Below, piece by piece: positions 23,585-36,534 of a stretch of DNA of 64,000 bases. The notes beneath the pieces were generated by a model. The model made no database searches and was not told where the DNA came from. It was given only the letters and a program-made list of their open reading frames with translations. The translations under genes and the position numbers were made by a program. Source of the stretch: Paecilomyces variotii (Eukaryota); assembly GCA_004022145.1 (NCBI GenBank), contig RCNU01000011.1; one strand, written 5' to 3'. Each line of letters begins with the position of its first letter. Positions within the stretch are counted from its first letter, which is position 1.

Positions 23585-24710
23585 ATGAGTTCTGAGAGTA
23601 GAGATGTTGTCAACGCCCTATATGCCGTAACTGTCAGTGCGCCGGCCGCGTTGGCTGTGGTGCCGGATATGGTTGGTGAGAAGAGCCATTGGGTGAGAAA
23701 TAAGGCCGGCAATGGGGAAGTTCTCGTGACTTCTTTTTTCCCGAAACATTCAAGGCGACGTTTCAGTGAGTGCTTTGCTGGCTCCTTTTATATAAAGTTG
23801 CAGAAGCTTCTTTTGCTGACATGGATATCTCGCAAGTTCTTCTCTGGAAACAGCCAGCGGCCTGATCCCGCGCCACTTACAGTGATTAAACCCAAATTTC
23901 TCCCGTCTAGAAAAAGCTCACAAGCTCTGCGTGCAACATGGTTAGGACATGCGTGCCACTACATTGATTGAGTTTCCCACTGGCCTATGGGTCCCGAAGA
24001 CCGCTGCTCGCCGTTCTGCGGCTAGGTCCCTGCAACACCTCTGATATTCCAGCCATTGATTGTATAATTCATCATTCGAGTTCTTTTTTTTTTTTTTTTG
24101 TATTTTGCTCTTTTTTTAGTCGTGATAGCTGATACGTACGCCATGGGTAGGTTATCATAAGCCATTCCCATTACAATCACTTTCTCATCCAACCATCCTT
24201 GAAATCCAAAACTTCACCCCTCGGTCAAGTTCTGTGTCCCGAAGGGTCTCAGAAAATGGTTTACTGACTGCGGTATCAAGAGACCTTCGCCAAGTCATCT
24301 GATGACTGGCTCCTCAAAAAAAGATATTGCAGCGAGGGTTTCTTGTCTCCCTTGCCAGAATACATCTGCGCGTACTCACTTTGATAGGTCGACTACATTG
24401 TGAGCTTCTTGGCCGATTTCTTGGGGGGGTGGTATCGGTGTACTTCGCTGGTGACATTGGCTATTGCACAGTTCCACATTTGCCTGAAGAAGTTGATGGC
24501 TGGGGCCCAGAGTTTGCCCACCTTCCCGTCTGTCCTGCTTTCAAGCAAATTGGCGAACTTCGAGGTCGCTTTGACCTTGGGTTGATTCCTATCGGAGCGT
24601 ATAAACCCCGACATGTTTTGAGTGCTGTGCACTCGAATCCGTATGACTCTGTGGAGATATTCAAAGGACACAAAGTGCAAAAAGACAACGGGAATCATTT
24701 TATAGTATAA
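23585..24710 (+). pseudogene. NAPE-PLD/Fmp30-family metallo-beta-lactamase pseudogene
   Basis: LRATWLGHACHY, then a duplicated ATTG frameshift (23963-23970), EDRCSPF, VIISHSHYNH (HxHxDH with D->N), VYFAGDIGY and FDLGLIPIGAYKPR..VHSNP. Several frameshifts and deletions. Confidence 0.85.
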
Positions 24711-24971
24711 ATGAGAACTGTATATAATAAATAATAGCTCGTATAGTTCGTACCTTAGTCCTCCAGCCAATGAGGGAAGCGCCCACAATCTCCACGAGGA
24801 TGCTCGTTTCTCCGCTCCGGCCACCGGCTTGGCGTTCGGCGGAGAACGCGCATTATTATCAATGATTAGATGCGCTGTTCAACGTTGGAACATTTGGCTT
24901 TCTTTCATGGCAGCAGCGTCCTCCGTGGATATACCGCCAAACTGCTGCCATCGGGCACTCGTGAAGGGGCG

Positions 24972-27961
24972 ATGAGTTACCCACCGCCTCATAACGGCCA
25001 GTATCCTCCGCAGTATGTGCCGCCGCAGCAGCAACAGCCGCAGCAACAGCATGCGCATCCCAGTGTCCCTCATCCCCAGCAAGCGCCGTACAATATCAAT
25101 CCCAATGCATCGTATCCGCAATATGGCAAGCCGATGATCTATCCCCAGGTCCTGATCTCGAATTATCCTGTATATTCGCAGCAACAGCAGCCGTCACCGC
25201 AGCAGCAGCAACAGCAGTTTTATTATCAGCAGCAAGTACAACAGCAACAAGTACAACAGCAGCAGCAACGCCCACTGGGACCTCCACAGCAATATGTCAA
25301 CCCGGCGGCCACGACCTTCTCACACCCGCAGTCGCCCGTGCCAGGCAGCATCGCAGCTTCCCCATCGGCGCATTTCATCCACGGGCCTCCCTCCGCGCCT
25401 TCCCCATATGGCAACCGGCCTCCTTCCTCACCGGTGGTCGCTGTGACTTCCGTTCCTTCCCACAGTGCAACTTCCATCGCGCCTGCCTCGCCGGTTCCCT
25501 CGCCCTACTACGTCCCCCACGATGCCAATGCCAACCGTCCGAATGCGCAGTTCGCCCAGTTTCCCGCCAACTCGCCGCTGCAGGCTCAGCTTCCTGTTGC
25601 TCGTCCCAGCCAGCAGCTATCTCGACCTCCTGTAGTACAGCAGCCACGGCAACAACCGCAACCCGCACCATCTGCCTCTAGGTCAATCTCTCCGGTTCGG
25701 AAACAAGTTCCGCAGGTTCTGATTCCTTCCCCTGCGAAACCAAAGACGATGCAATCTCCAGCACAGGCCAAGAAGCCGGCGGTGAAACAGAGCCTGCCGT
25801 CAGGAGACAAATCGAATAAGCCGCCAGTGGATTATCAGTTGGTGCTGCTGGCGCTGGCGGATGAGTATCTCAAGGCTGCGCATCACCAGGGGACAATGGT
25901 GGCACTGATGAGAAAGGAAATGGCAGTGGAGGAGTATTATAAACTCGTGGCTACAGGATTGGGTTGTTTGGAGGCTGTACTGAAGGTTCGCATTCACGTC
26001 AATAGATGGCAGTGTAGCCATGCCAGGTCGTGCTAACAACTCGTCCAGAACTGGAGACTGCAGCCGCGAACGGAGGCGCTGGTCAGACTGCGCTATGCCC
26101 GCGTCCTGTACGAAGAGACGGACAACCACATGGAGGCGGAGACTGCATTAAGTAAAGGCGTAAGTCAAATCTGGCCCATTTGTATGATGCAATAGTACTC
26201 GCTGACACTTCTTAGATTGATCTATGCGAACGCGTAAGTTGATTGTCTTGACGATACAACAGCACTCTAGCTAATATCCTACCATAGAATCGGATGCTTG
26301 ATCTGAAATACAGCATGCAGCAATTGCTCGCCCGGATGTTACACAGGTCGAACCCCAAAGCTGCGTTGAAAGCTGTGGATGGCATGATCCAGGATGTCGA
26401 AGCGTAAGTTGCATCTGCCTTCTCAAATACCGCCAATGATGCAGACCTGACCAGCTGCAGGTATCGACATGTCGCATGGGAATACGCCTTTCGCCTCCTC
26501 CGCGTGAGTCTGTCGTTATCGACATCCTCACATCAAGACTTTGTAGCGGCACTGCATCATCTGCACAAGATTTCCAGCCTGGCCAGCCGTAATGGGGATA
26601 GGGCAGTTTCCGTGATTGCAGCGGTCACCGAGGCACTGGCCCATCTCCAACAGTCGACATCTTCTGACTCGATTGAGCAAGCTCAACGAGCCGTGGCTTC
26701 AGCGCGGAGCTACCAGTTGAACACTGAAGTTCAGGAGATACCGCAGATCAATACCCTGATCCAGATGGTCGACATTTCTTGCAGTCTACTCGAGTACGAC
26801 CTCAATCAGTCAACGCAGAAGCTGCAGGTTATGCAGAGCTTGATGGACCAGAAGATCAATGACTCACACTGGCGTGATGATGGGTCATTTTCAATTCCAT
26901 TGAGCGGCAAGTCAGTCGGTCCTGCGTCCGCGGACACTGGGGATATTCTGCAAGTCGAGAATGGCGTACCGGTTCTCACCTTGAACTGGCTTCCCCAACA
27001 TGACCTCTACGTGCTTTGTTATTTCCTCAGCTCAGTCACCCTCAGCGCGAAGAACTCGCACGACGGCCGTAAAGCTGAAAAGTACCTCCAGGAAGGATTA
27101 CGAATGATCAGAGGCAGTTTCAAGGCCCCGCAAGAGGTTCCTGAGTCGTTGATGACTGCGGGTAGACGCATCGAGTGGCGCCGGATCCTCTACTGCAATC
27201 TTCTCCTCCAGCAGATCTTTCTTGCGTCTGCGCGGACTGACTGGGATCTAGCCAGCCAGACAATGAAGGAGTTGCGACAAGTTGCGAAAGATCTGGGACA
27301 CAGTCTGCCTGAGAGTATCCAGTGTCTTATGGAATATGCTACGGGGGCGATTGCGCAAGGCACTGGCGATCTGACAGCTGCTCTGGCCTCGTTCCGTTCT
27401 CCGATTCTCTCCCTCTCGCCGTCAGCCAGCAAGGCGATGCGTAACGATCCCCAGCGAGACATCGCTATCCTGGCGACCTTGAACACCGTGTTGATCTTGC
27501 GTGATCCCAGCCATCCGAATCATTCTCAGCTCCCGAGTATCTTGTCCACTCTGGAAGCTTTCTGCAAGAACAGTCCTAGCCGGTACATCCAAGCCGCATA
27601 CTATCTTGTCTGCGCCACTGTCCAGACTGAGTCGACGATCCAGACCAAGCAATTCCTGCAGCAAGCATTGCAGTCGGCGACGTCTATTGGGAATTGCCAG
27701 ATCACCTGCATGACGCTGACCTTTATGAGTTGGAAGTACTTCCGGGGTGTCGTGGGTGAGCAGTCCGAGAAGAGCGCTCGGGCCGGTCGAGCAATGGCGA
27801 AGAGGGCCAGCGACCGACTCTGGGTCAGTGTCACAGACGATATGCTGGCGGAAACCCTTGAACGACAGGGTAAAGGAGAAGAGGCAGGTTCAGTGAGAGA
27901 GGAAGCACACCGGGTCATGATGAGTTTACCTCCTTCTCTGAAGAAAGAAGTGGCTCACTGA
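24972..27961 (+). CDS. SCC4: Cohesin loader subunit Scc4/Mau2 with Q/P-rich N-terminal low-complexity region
   Basis: YYKLVATGLGCLEAVL/..EALVRLRYARVLYEETDN..AETALSKG and a helical-repeat body. Short GT-AG introns between about 25986 and 26460. Confidence 0.85.
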
Positions 27962-28770
27962 GTCAATTTTCTGCTGCTGATGCGGCCTACTCATATGTTG
28001 GTGGATCGTCCGGGCATACCGGCGTTTGCATTCAATTTTCTATCGGATTGCCTTTACGAATCAGCGGAGTTACGGAGGACCAGGACAGGACAACGCAACT
28101 GGCATGGGAGCGGGCGCTTCTGATCTCAAGGGAAGTCGCCTGATATAATTTTTCTTCTCAGATGTCAATATTCAACTGCAAGCGTGGGAATGATGTGACT
28201 TGATGTATGTACTTTTCTCTCCGGTGACTATCTACGACAATCTCATGAGATACCATGTCATATTTACTTGGTTGAAAAACAAGCAAAATTTGTCAGTAGT
28301 TCCTGAACTGTCTTTTGAGATCAATGTAGATTGCCGGTGGCCGTTGCTATCTAATGTTAGATCCGGCTATATGGTAATTAATAGCTGCTTGCGCGGGTAT
28401 TTTTATCTGTAACTGCGGGAAAAGAAGAGAGCAAGAAGAAAAAAGCAATGTCCCTCAAAGACACAAGCCTAAAAACGGCACGCGTCGAGTGCCCGCTGTT
28501 TCTCGACAAGGGGAATTGGGACAAACAATAACTACCGCAAACCCTGCGGCGCAAACAGGCTGGGAATATCCGCCGCAGGCCTGATATAAGAGGGACAAGC
28601 CCTTTCAAAACGCCAGAAACACCAGACCTTCGCTCCCCGCTCCCTGAAAACACCAAGATAAAAGCCCTCTCTCACACTTGTACAAAACGATATAAAAAAA
28701 AGGAAAGAAAAGAACAAGAATGGCTGGCCGTCTCTCCTTCTTTCTTTTCTATTTCTTCACCACCCCAATC

Positions 28771-29396
28771 TCAACCAAGCCCACCCCAAACACCACGTAT
28801 CCGCCTCGCGAGCTGAATATCCTTCTGCATGATCGTAACCCTCTTCGCATGGATAGCGCACAGATTCGTATCCTCGAACAAATGCACCAGGAACGCTTCC
28901 GCTGCTTCCTGCAGGGCCTGAATAGCGTGCGATTGCCATCGGAGCTCTGGGCCCACGTCAGCGGGGAGTAGATCGAGGGCGACTTCGCGAACAAGTCGAG
29001 CAAAGGGGAGTTTGAGAAGGAGTAGATCGTAGGAGCGTTGGTAACGCCGGATTTCTTTTAGAGCGCCAGTGCCGGGTCTGTAGCGGCGACGACGACCGGT
29101 GGGGGCTGGGTCGCCGGCTGTTATGTGTAATAGTATTGATTAGTCGATTGGTTCGAGGAAGGTTTGTTATGTATATATGTATATATGTATGGGGTGTACT
29201 TACGTTGTACATCTGATGTTCTGGCAGAAATAGAAGAGCCAGCTGGTCGTTTCCCACCAGTGGTGGATTTGCGCGCGCCGCCTCGTGTGGGTTTTAGAGC
29301 GGTTGATCGTGATGGTCCGGCTGTTGTGGATTGTGCTTGTGCTTGTGCTGAGGATGAGCTTGGTCGTGCGACGCGGACGCCGGTTTTGGGGGGCAT
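28771..29396 (-). CDS. CSE4: Centromeric histone H3 variant CENP-A/Cse4, 2 exons
   Basis: Non-canonical N-tail, intron 29118-29203, and histone fold [27 protein letters not shown]..extended loop 1 ([10 protein letters not shown]) [39 protein letters not shown]. Confidence 0.95.
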
Positions 29397-29889
29397 GGTG
29401 TTTTCGACTCTCTCTTTCTCTCTCTTTCGTCGGGTCAAGTAGAATTGGGGTTCAATTGGTTGATGCGATGGTTGTTTTGGCAGTTGATTGATTGATTGAT
29501 CAGTGCCTTTCCTTCCTCTTCTTTTCTTCTTCTTCTTCTTCTTTCTTGAGAGATTGAAGCGCAATCGCACGTTCTTCTGTATGCGGAGCTCCCCGGCCAC
29601 GAGGACAGGTGAAGTCAAGTCACGGGGTTGATTGGATTAGATGAGAGGAAAGTTAAGAAAGAGGAGAGGGGTGGGAAGAAAGAAAGAAGAAAAGCCTTAG
29701 GCTTGGTCTTTTTTCTTTTAGTTACTTTAACTAGTTAGAAGACAGATAGCTTATGAAGCATGAAAAAAAGAAAAAGAAGAAGAAAAAAAAAGAGGTGGCT
29801 GGTAAGATACTTGAAGCCGCATTGTTCCCCTTCTGGTCTTTCTCCCCTCAATTTAATGTCGTCTCGCTTTCCCAGCCGCTTCTTTTTTG

Positions 29890-29920
29890 CACGCGCGCGA
29901 ATGACGCGCCCGGCGCGTCG
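29890..29920. promoter_or_regulatory. Cluster of MCB-like ACGCG/CGCGT motifs upstream of CENP-A
   Basis: acgcgcgcgaatgacgcgcccggcgcgt. Confidence 0.5.
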
Positions 29921-30481
29921 AGGGAGAAGTGCGCTAAACTGGATTGGGGAGTTTAATGACTATGGTCATGTGATCTGGGTTGGTGTTGATGGTGAGAATT
30001 GACTGCGTAGTTGCTTACCTCGAGGATACCATTGAGAGGTAGTGGTGAGGTAGCTAGGACTGTAGAGACTTGCATCCCTCAGCGACTGAAATAAGATGTG
30101 ATGATTAGTTTTCCACGACAGTTCGGAGATCTCAACGGCCTGATAAGTTAATCTGAGTCACGCCGCTTATGTCATCCGGCGTTCTGTCATCTTCCCCAGC
30201 GGATCCGCAGATCTGGCTGTTCCTCATCTGATAAACCGCTGATTGATAGCTGTTTCCTCGTCTTCTGTCACATCTATGGCCGGTTAGAGTTGTGATATCT
30301 TCTCCTATTTTGATTCGATTGGTCCCTACATCTCCGCTGGAAGAAGCTCGAGCCACAGAGCTGGTGTTGGCTCTTTACAGCTTGCGATAACGGTCTTCGA
30401 TCCGCCCGAGATATCGCTGGATCTCATCCCTCCCACGTCGCCAAAGTTCACAGAGCTCTTAAAAATAGACAGAACCGTCAA

Positions 30482-31375
30482 ATGGCCGCCCTCTGGGGAA
30501 ACAACAATGGCGGACAGGCCGGCCAGTTCCCCCTCGAGCAGTGGTTCTACGAGATGCCGCCCTGCACCAGGTGGTGGACTGCCGCCACGGTGGCCACCTC
30601 GGTTCTCGTCCAGTGTCATATCCTGACGCCCTTTCAGCTATTCTACAGTTTTCGCGCTGTTTTTGTAAAATCGCAGGTAGGTGATGTGCTGTTCCGCTGC
30701 CGTTCTTGTTTCTTTTGAGTGAAATGGTCGAAGAAGTAGGCTCGGCGTCATGCGGGGAAAGTATATGCAGAGGCTGACCATGTGATGATGTTCCAATAGT
30801 ATTGGCGACTAATAACCACCTTCCTCTACTTTGGTCCGCTCAATCTGGACCTATTATTCCATGTTTTCTTCCTTCAACGATACTCGCGACTCCTCGAGGA
30901 GTCCTCCGGTCGTTCTCCGGCCCATTTCTCTTGGCTGCTGGTCTACGCCATGACCTCCCTGCTCATATTGTCGCCGTTCCTCTCTCTTCCATTCCTTGGT
31001 ACCGCACTGTCGTCGAGTCTCGTGTATATCTGGGCTCGTCGCAATCCCGACACCCGACTCAGCTTTTTGGGTCTGTTGGTCTTCACGGCGCCATACCTCC
31101 CATGGGTCCTCATGGCTTTCAGTCTCGTGGTCCACGGGATCGTTCCTAAGGATGAGCTCTGCGGCGTGATCGTGGGCCATGTCTGGTATTTCTTTACGGA
31201 CGTCTATCCCTCACTACACGGTGGACATCGGCCGCTGGATCCACCAGCATGGTGGAGGAGGTTGTTCGAAGGCAGGCCGCGCGAGCCTGTTCGTGACGAG
31301 GACGAGGGGGCTGATACACAGGCTGACAATGTCAATCGCGACTTTGCAGCGGCTGCAGCACCTGAAGTTCGATGA
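30482..31375 (+). CDS. Derlin (Der1/Derlin-2-like ERAD membrane protein), 2 exons
   Basis: MPPCTRWW, Q/YWRLITTFLYFG, RYSRLLEE, YIWARRNP, APYLPWV and GHVWYF. Intron 30677-30799. Confidence 0.93.
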
Positions 31376-33001
31376 ATTGGTATGGCAACCAGGAATATGT
31401 ATTGGTTGGTCAGTTGCGTATAAATATATCGAACTATTGGGTTAGCCGGGGCCGCGGTGATATACATGGTGCTCTTCAGCTTCGCACCTCATATCAGGCA
31501 CCCCAATAGCGGTGGATTGACAGTGCAAGCTAACTGAAGGGAGAGAGGGCTGTACCATGAGGCTTTCAGACGGCCTGATCACTGCGCCAGGTGTTCACGG
31601 AGCCTACTTCTGCGGCACCTCACCAACCTCCCGTACCTTCTAAATCGAATTACGATGGAACTTGGAGATTCCATTGAGGGACTGGTCGGCAGAGATAAGC
31701 GATGTGTATGCAGACGCTGAAGGGTCGATCTTTTGCCCTGTTATTCTCTTGTGCGACTCTCAACTTGAGCATTTGCATATTGTCGAGTCCTTCCAGAAGG
31801 ACGCACGAAGGCGTTTGGTTTTTCAGCGGAGTCCGTTTGGAACAACGACTATGATACCTAGGTCAGCGGAGCATATGTGGAGTTCTGGTTTTTCTTCTTT
31901 TTTTCACATCAGCATATCAAGGATAATCAAATACCATCTCTTTCTTTTATCCATTGGATTGATCTCGTCTCTTTTTTTTTGGAAGTCTATCATAGTCCTG
32001 TCGAGGATCATCACTCCGGCAAATCCGGTAGAAAGATAAAGCAAGAAAACAGGTTATTGATTCTACATCCGGAATTCACAATGCAGTTTTTTATCTTTCT
32101 CTACCGAAAGAAATAAACCAAACCCGAACCCGGCATCGGAAACCCCGCAGCCTGACGATAGCCCGGAAGAGGCGGAAGATACGGAATCGGATGTGGATGC
32201 AGATAAGCATTAATTATCTTTTACTGCTTCAAGGAAACAGGGGGAAAGATACCGATCTGATCCTCTGGGTCCTTTTTCTTTCTTTCAGGAGACATAAGTA
32301 TTTCTATAAACCGATTAGGATTATAATAATAATAATAAGAATGATTAGCTAGCTAACTACTACTCCTGTAGAGAATAGTAAACCCTAGCAGTAACAGCAA
32401 GTAAATCGTTAAATCTCAATGCTCGAGGAAGAAAATCATTCCTATTTAGAAGAATTAAGCATAATTCTCTTTCTGAAAGAAACGAAAAAAAGAAATTTGT
32501 TGTGTGCGTATCAACCAAATGAAAGAAAGGAAACATTGTTGCCTTGAGCTTAGTTAGTCCGATCTGAACCGATAAACTAGATAATTAGTATTATTACTCG
32601 TACGGAGTACGCTGTAGTCTATTATTATTGATGATAATGATAGTAGTCAGGTAATTAGGCCCTAAGAATGTTATTTCAGGAAACAAGAGGCCTATTATTA
32701 GATGGAACCTAGATAGAGAGAGGATGGATACTCTATTTTAGATTATGGGATTCTGCATGAATTATTAACTGATGGTAGTAGTAGTATCCAGTAGTGGGGG
32801 GAAGCAGCGGACGATGTCTAGGCCTTGAGTATCTACATACCATAGTTAGATAATTGTGGCAGGCCTGCAGAAAGATTAGAGCATAGAACTATCTACATGT
32901 GGTATTACTATAGATACTACTCTGTACTGCAGAAGGTTGGGTTTTTGATCGATTCTGATTCGAATCACTCGAATTTACTTATTATTACTACTTTACTCAA
33001 C

Positions 33002-33004
<3 letters not shown>

Positions 33005-33041
<37 letters not shown>
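33005..33041 (+). repeat. Poly(A) tract, 37 nt
   Basis: Read directly from the sequence. Confidence 0.95.
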
Positions 33042-33043
<2 letters not shown>

Positions 33044-34080
33044 AAAACTACATACGTAGCAATTTCACCCCGCTCCATTTATCCGAGATTGTTGCTGGGG
33101 CTGATATGACGTTTTATAGTGGAACCATAAGTAAAATAAGCTGAACCCGGCACACAGTGCACACACAAGTTACTTACAAGTTACAACAAGAGAAATGATA
33201 ATATTCGATAAAAAGAGCAGAATATGACCTTCCTACGTAGCTTCTTGTCTTAGACTAGTCTACCGTCGGCTTATTATTCTTTGGGAGGGGAAGCTCTATC
33301 CATAACTGGATCCGGTGGCATGAGCGTCCAGTAGGGTGGCGGTCTCTATGTAATAATAATAATTCAATGGATCTATCTACTCCAGATAATTATGGTAATA
33401 TCGCGTGCGTCTCCCCGCTGGATGCGTCGACGGAAACTTTGAACTTTGAAGCTTGGTGGAATCCAAGGAAAAAAAGAAGCTCAAAGTGTGCGCGGAGATG
33501 TCTCGCACGGTCGAAAGGGTCGGTGGATAATTAAGTATTAGATCTATGCCTGTCTGGGCTAGATAGATAGAACCACCAACCTTCGGCTGGGAAGATATGG
33601 TATGTATGGTATGTTATCGTGTATCGAATCGAATCGCGGCTCTTGGCATTCTTTCCCTGTCTTGCTTGTAGGCAAGGCAAGGCAAGGCAGATGAGTTCAA
33701 CTTCTGTGTGACAATAATAATGATAATCAATAATAATAGATTGACCTTGTCAACTGAAGCGGTCCCGTGTGATGACGTCGGGAGTCGACAAAGAGCGTAA
33801 TTAGGATGCGGTTCGGAGTTCCTGTACGCGACATGCCACTTTCCAAATACACTGGAACTGGCAATACTACTTGGTATCTAAGTTGTAACAGGCCTTGCAT
33901 GCTGACGAGATGCCCCCAGCATGTTCCTACTCCATTGATCTGCATGTCGCACATGCACAGCCTCCATTTGCTCGATGCAATCTAGAGTATCAGCGAACCA
34001 ATCGTTGCATTGAGGTTGTTGCTATTTCCATGGCAGTCGTCATGGAAATTCTGATCGAAGAACCTATTTTTGCCATAGAC

Positions 34081-34085
<5 letters not shown>

Positions 34086-34119
<34 letters not shown>
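34086..34119 (+). repeat. (AG)n microsatellite
   Basis: Read directly from the sequence. Confidence 0.95.
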
Positions 34120-34123
<4 letters not shown>

Positions 34124-36490
34124 CTACTACGTAAAGAACTGGCATCTTGCATGCTGACATTCTCAAGGAGTGGAAAAGAGGCAATTCCCTGATTGGATAC
34201 CAACGTATTGAGCCCGAAAAGGAAATGCTGTTGCCTGTAAGAATTGAATCAATCCACGCAGGGCTGGAACAGAAGTAGTAATTATTATTATTATTACGAT
34301 GGAGTTCAATTTTGGTTGTTTGGTGCGGCTTTTGACGAGTCTGCCTCGGTTAGCATCGCAATTTCATAGTTTTTTTTTGTTTCCTGCGAGCACAATCACC
34401 TCATGAGGGACTTGTCGCATGGAGAGAGAAATGGACTCGATCTAGAGGATGTGCGAATCTCGATTGGTCGACGACAAGTCCTCGAGGCAAGCCACCGCGA
34501 TTCTCACATTGACTTAGGCACTGTCTGTTGCTGGAAGTTGCATCCTCTAGATAGGCTCTACCAAATAATGGCCACGGGGTTTGACCGCAGTCACACGAGA
34601 CTCCAGATAAGACTTTTCTTTCTTTCACACTGCTGCTTTAGACTGCATAGAAACAAAGACTTGTTCAATACATTGCTGCCAAGAAGCAGAGAACGTGCGT
34701 GCAACGACTTCCGGGGTTGGTCCGAACAAATCATGAGGCCGTGTGGTTAGGTGCATTATTAGAGATAGTACCTAGGTATAGTTAGGCCACCTTCCTCACC
34801 TGGCCTGCTGTATCTCATATCTGGAAGAAGAAGAAAAAGCATCCCCGACGTATATTCTATCCTGTCTGTTTCAGACAGTATCTAGACTATCGAGCAGACA
34901 TCGTGCGTGGTCGTCCACGCGTTCAGGCTGTCATCGAGCGCCGCTAATTGGACTTGACCCGCCACTTGAACCAGCCGCCGGTCTTTTTGTGCCTGGCGTG
35001 AACCTTTCTTGGCTCCGTGGGGGCGCGATCAACCGGTCCATGGACAAGCCAAGATGCCCCAGGTTGAAAATAATTATTATTTAGCTATTTGGGGCTACAC
35101 CACTATTGCCACTGGTGGCAGACAAGTCCAACGATCCGTGGGTTCGACGGCTTTTGAGAATCATACAGTGGTCGAAACGAACACGGAAGATCAGACATCG
35201 GCGGCTCAATGCACCAACCCTGTTCTAGCGTCTTGATCTAACTACTGTTCTCTTGCGCACTCGTGGCGGCCGGCGCCGGTGCAAGACCAATCACCAGACG
35301 GAAAATAGGTAGATGGCGAGTGGGAAAAGGCGCAGGAAGCGTAAAATAAGAACACGTATGGCGTGGTGTTGCGCCAGAACTCCCTGCCACTGCTGTGCTC
35401 TTGTTCCGCACGCTGGGATGGGTCATGCAGGAGGCAGAGATGTTGAACAGGGAGTGGGTGGTCGATCAGGGAACGAAGGGAAAAAGAAAAAAAAGAGAAG
35501 GAAAAAAAAAAGGCCAGTAGACTAGGTTGCTAAGACACCGTGTTAAACTGTTTATTGCTTGGTGAGAGATCGGCCGAGGTTGGACGTTGACGCTGAGACC
35601 GAAACAGTTTGGGAGCGGCAGGGATACGAATACGGAGGTGTACAGGTACTTGCCGTGCCGCTCTCTGCTGGGCGTTGGGGAAGTACCGGTACTTGGGGCT
35701 ATCGCAATTCCTGCTAGGCGATTCTCGGGAGTCTGAAGAGAGGTACAGTACATACCTAAGGTAGTCGAGCCAGAATAAAAAGAATAATACTTAGCTAAGG
35801 TATAGAATGGAATTATCACACTGCCATAATAATAATGAACTATTATTATCATTATTATTATTACTGTACGTACTTGCGATAAATCTCACAACTGCGCCGC
35901 TTTCGATCTACGGGCTGCGCAATCCCTTCCATGGTCAGGCCGGCAGACCATGATGCATGATGGCCTCGTATCGCGTATACCATTCCTTCTTTGCCCCGCG
36001 ACCCACGGGCTCAATCCTCAGGAATGGCCACCGCGAGGCTTGACAACGACACGAATATTCTACTCCAGAAGAACAACCAACGGCCAACCATCGCCGCTAG
36101 GCCGCCACGATGGCGTCCATTTCGCTGCGACTTTGGTTGCCCTGGAGCAGCACTAATTGCGCTTCCCCGACCAGCAAGCTCCCCCAGAAACCCCCTTACA
36201 CGGCGCGTTGAGAGACCCTCCAGGCACGCTATACTGGTCAGCGTTTAGTTCAGGAGCACAGCCTTCTTCTTGTCTTCCAACCTCCCCCTAAACTACACTA
36301 AGCTAGACGGCTAAAACACGCTCATCCAAGCCTGCGATAACTTCCCCTTCCAAATCCATGGGTCCGTCGACACGGATCATTCTCCTGAACGCCCATCTCG
36401 CGCTGTCAATGCTGCCATCGCCAGTCTCTCCTTTCGTGCTCGTTTTTCATTCGTCCTGGTCATTCCTTAATTCCTGGTCCTATCTAGAGT

Positions 36491-36493
<3 letters not shown>

Positions 36494-36530
<37 letters not shown>
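36494..36530 (+). repeat. (CT)n microsatellite upstream of MIPC synthase
   Basis: Read directly from the sequence. Confidence 0.95.

Positions 36531-36534
<4 letters not shown>

Noticed and set aside
12400..24800. Intact Starship or transposon
   Set aside because: I recognised no tyrosine recombinase, transposase, reverse transcriptase, LTRs, TIRs or target-site duplication.
28771..29396. Canonical histone H3
   Set aside because: It lacks the ARTKQTARK tail and has an extended loop 1 and the LRWQ motif diagnostic of CENP-A.
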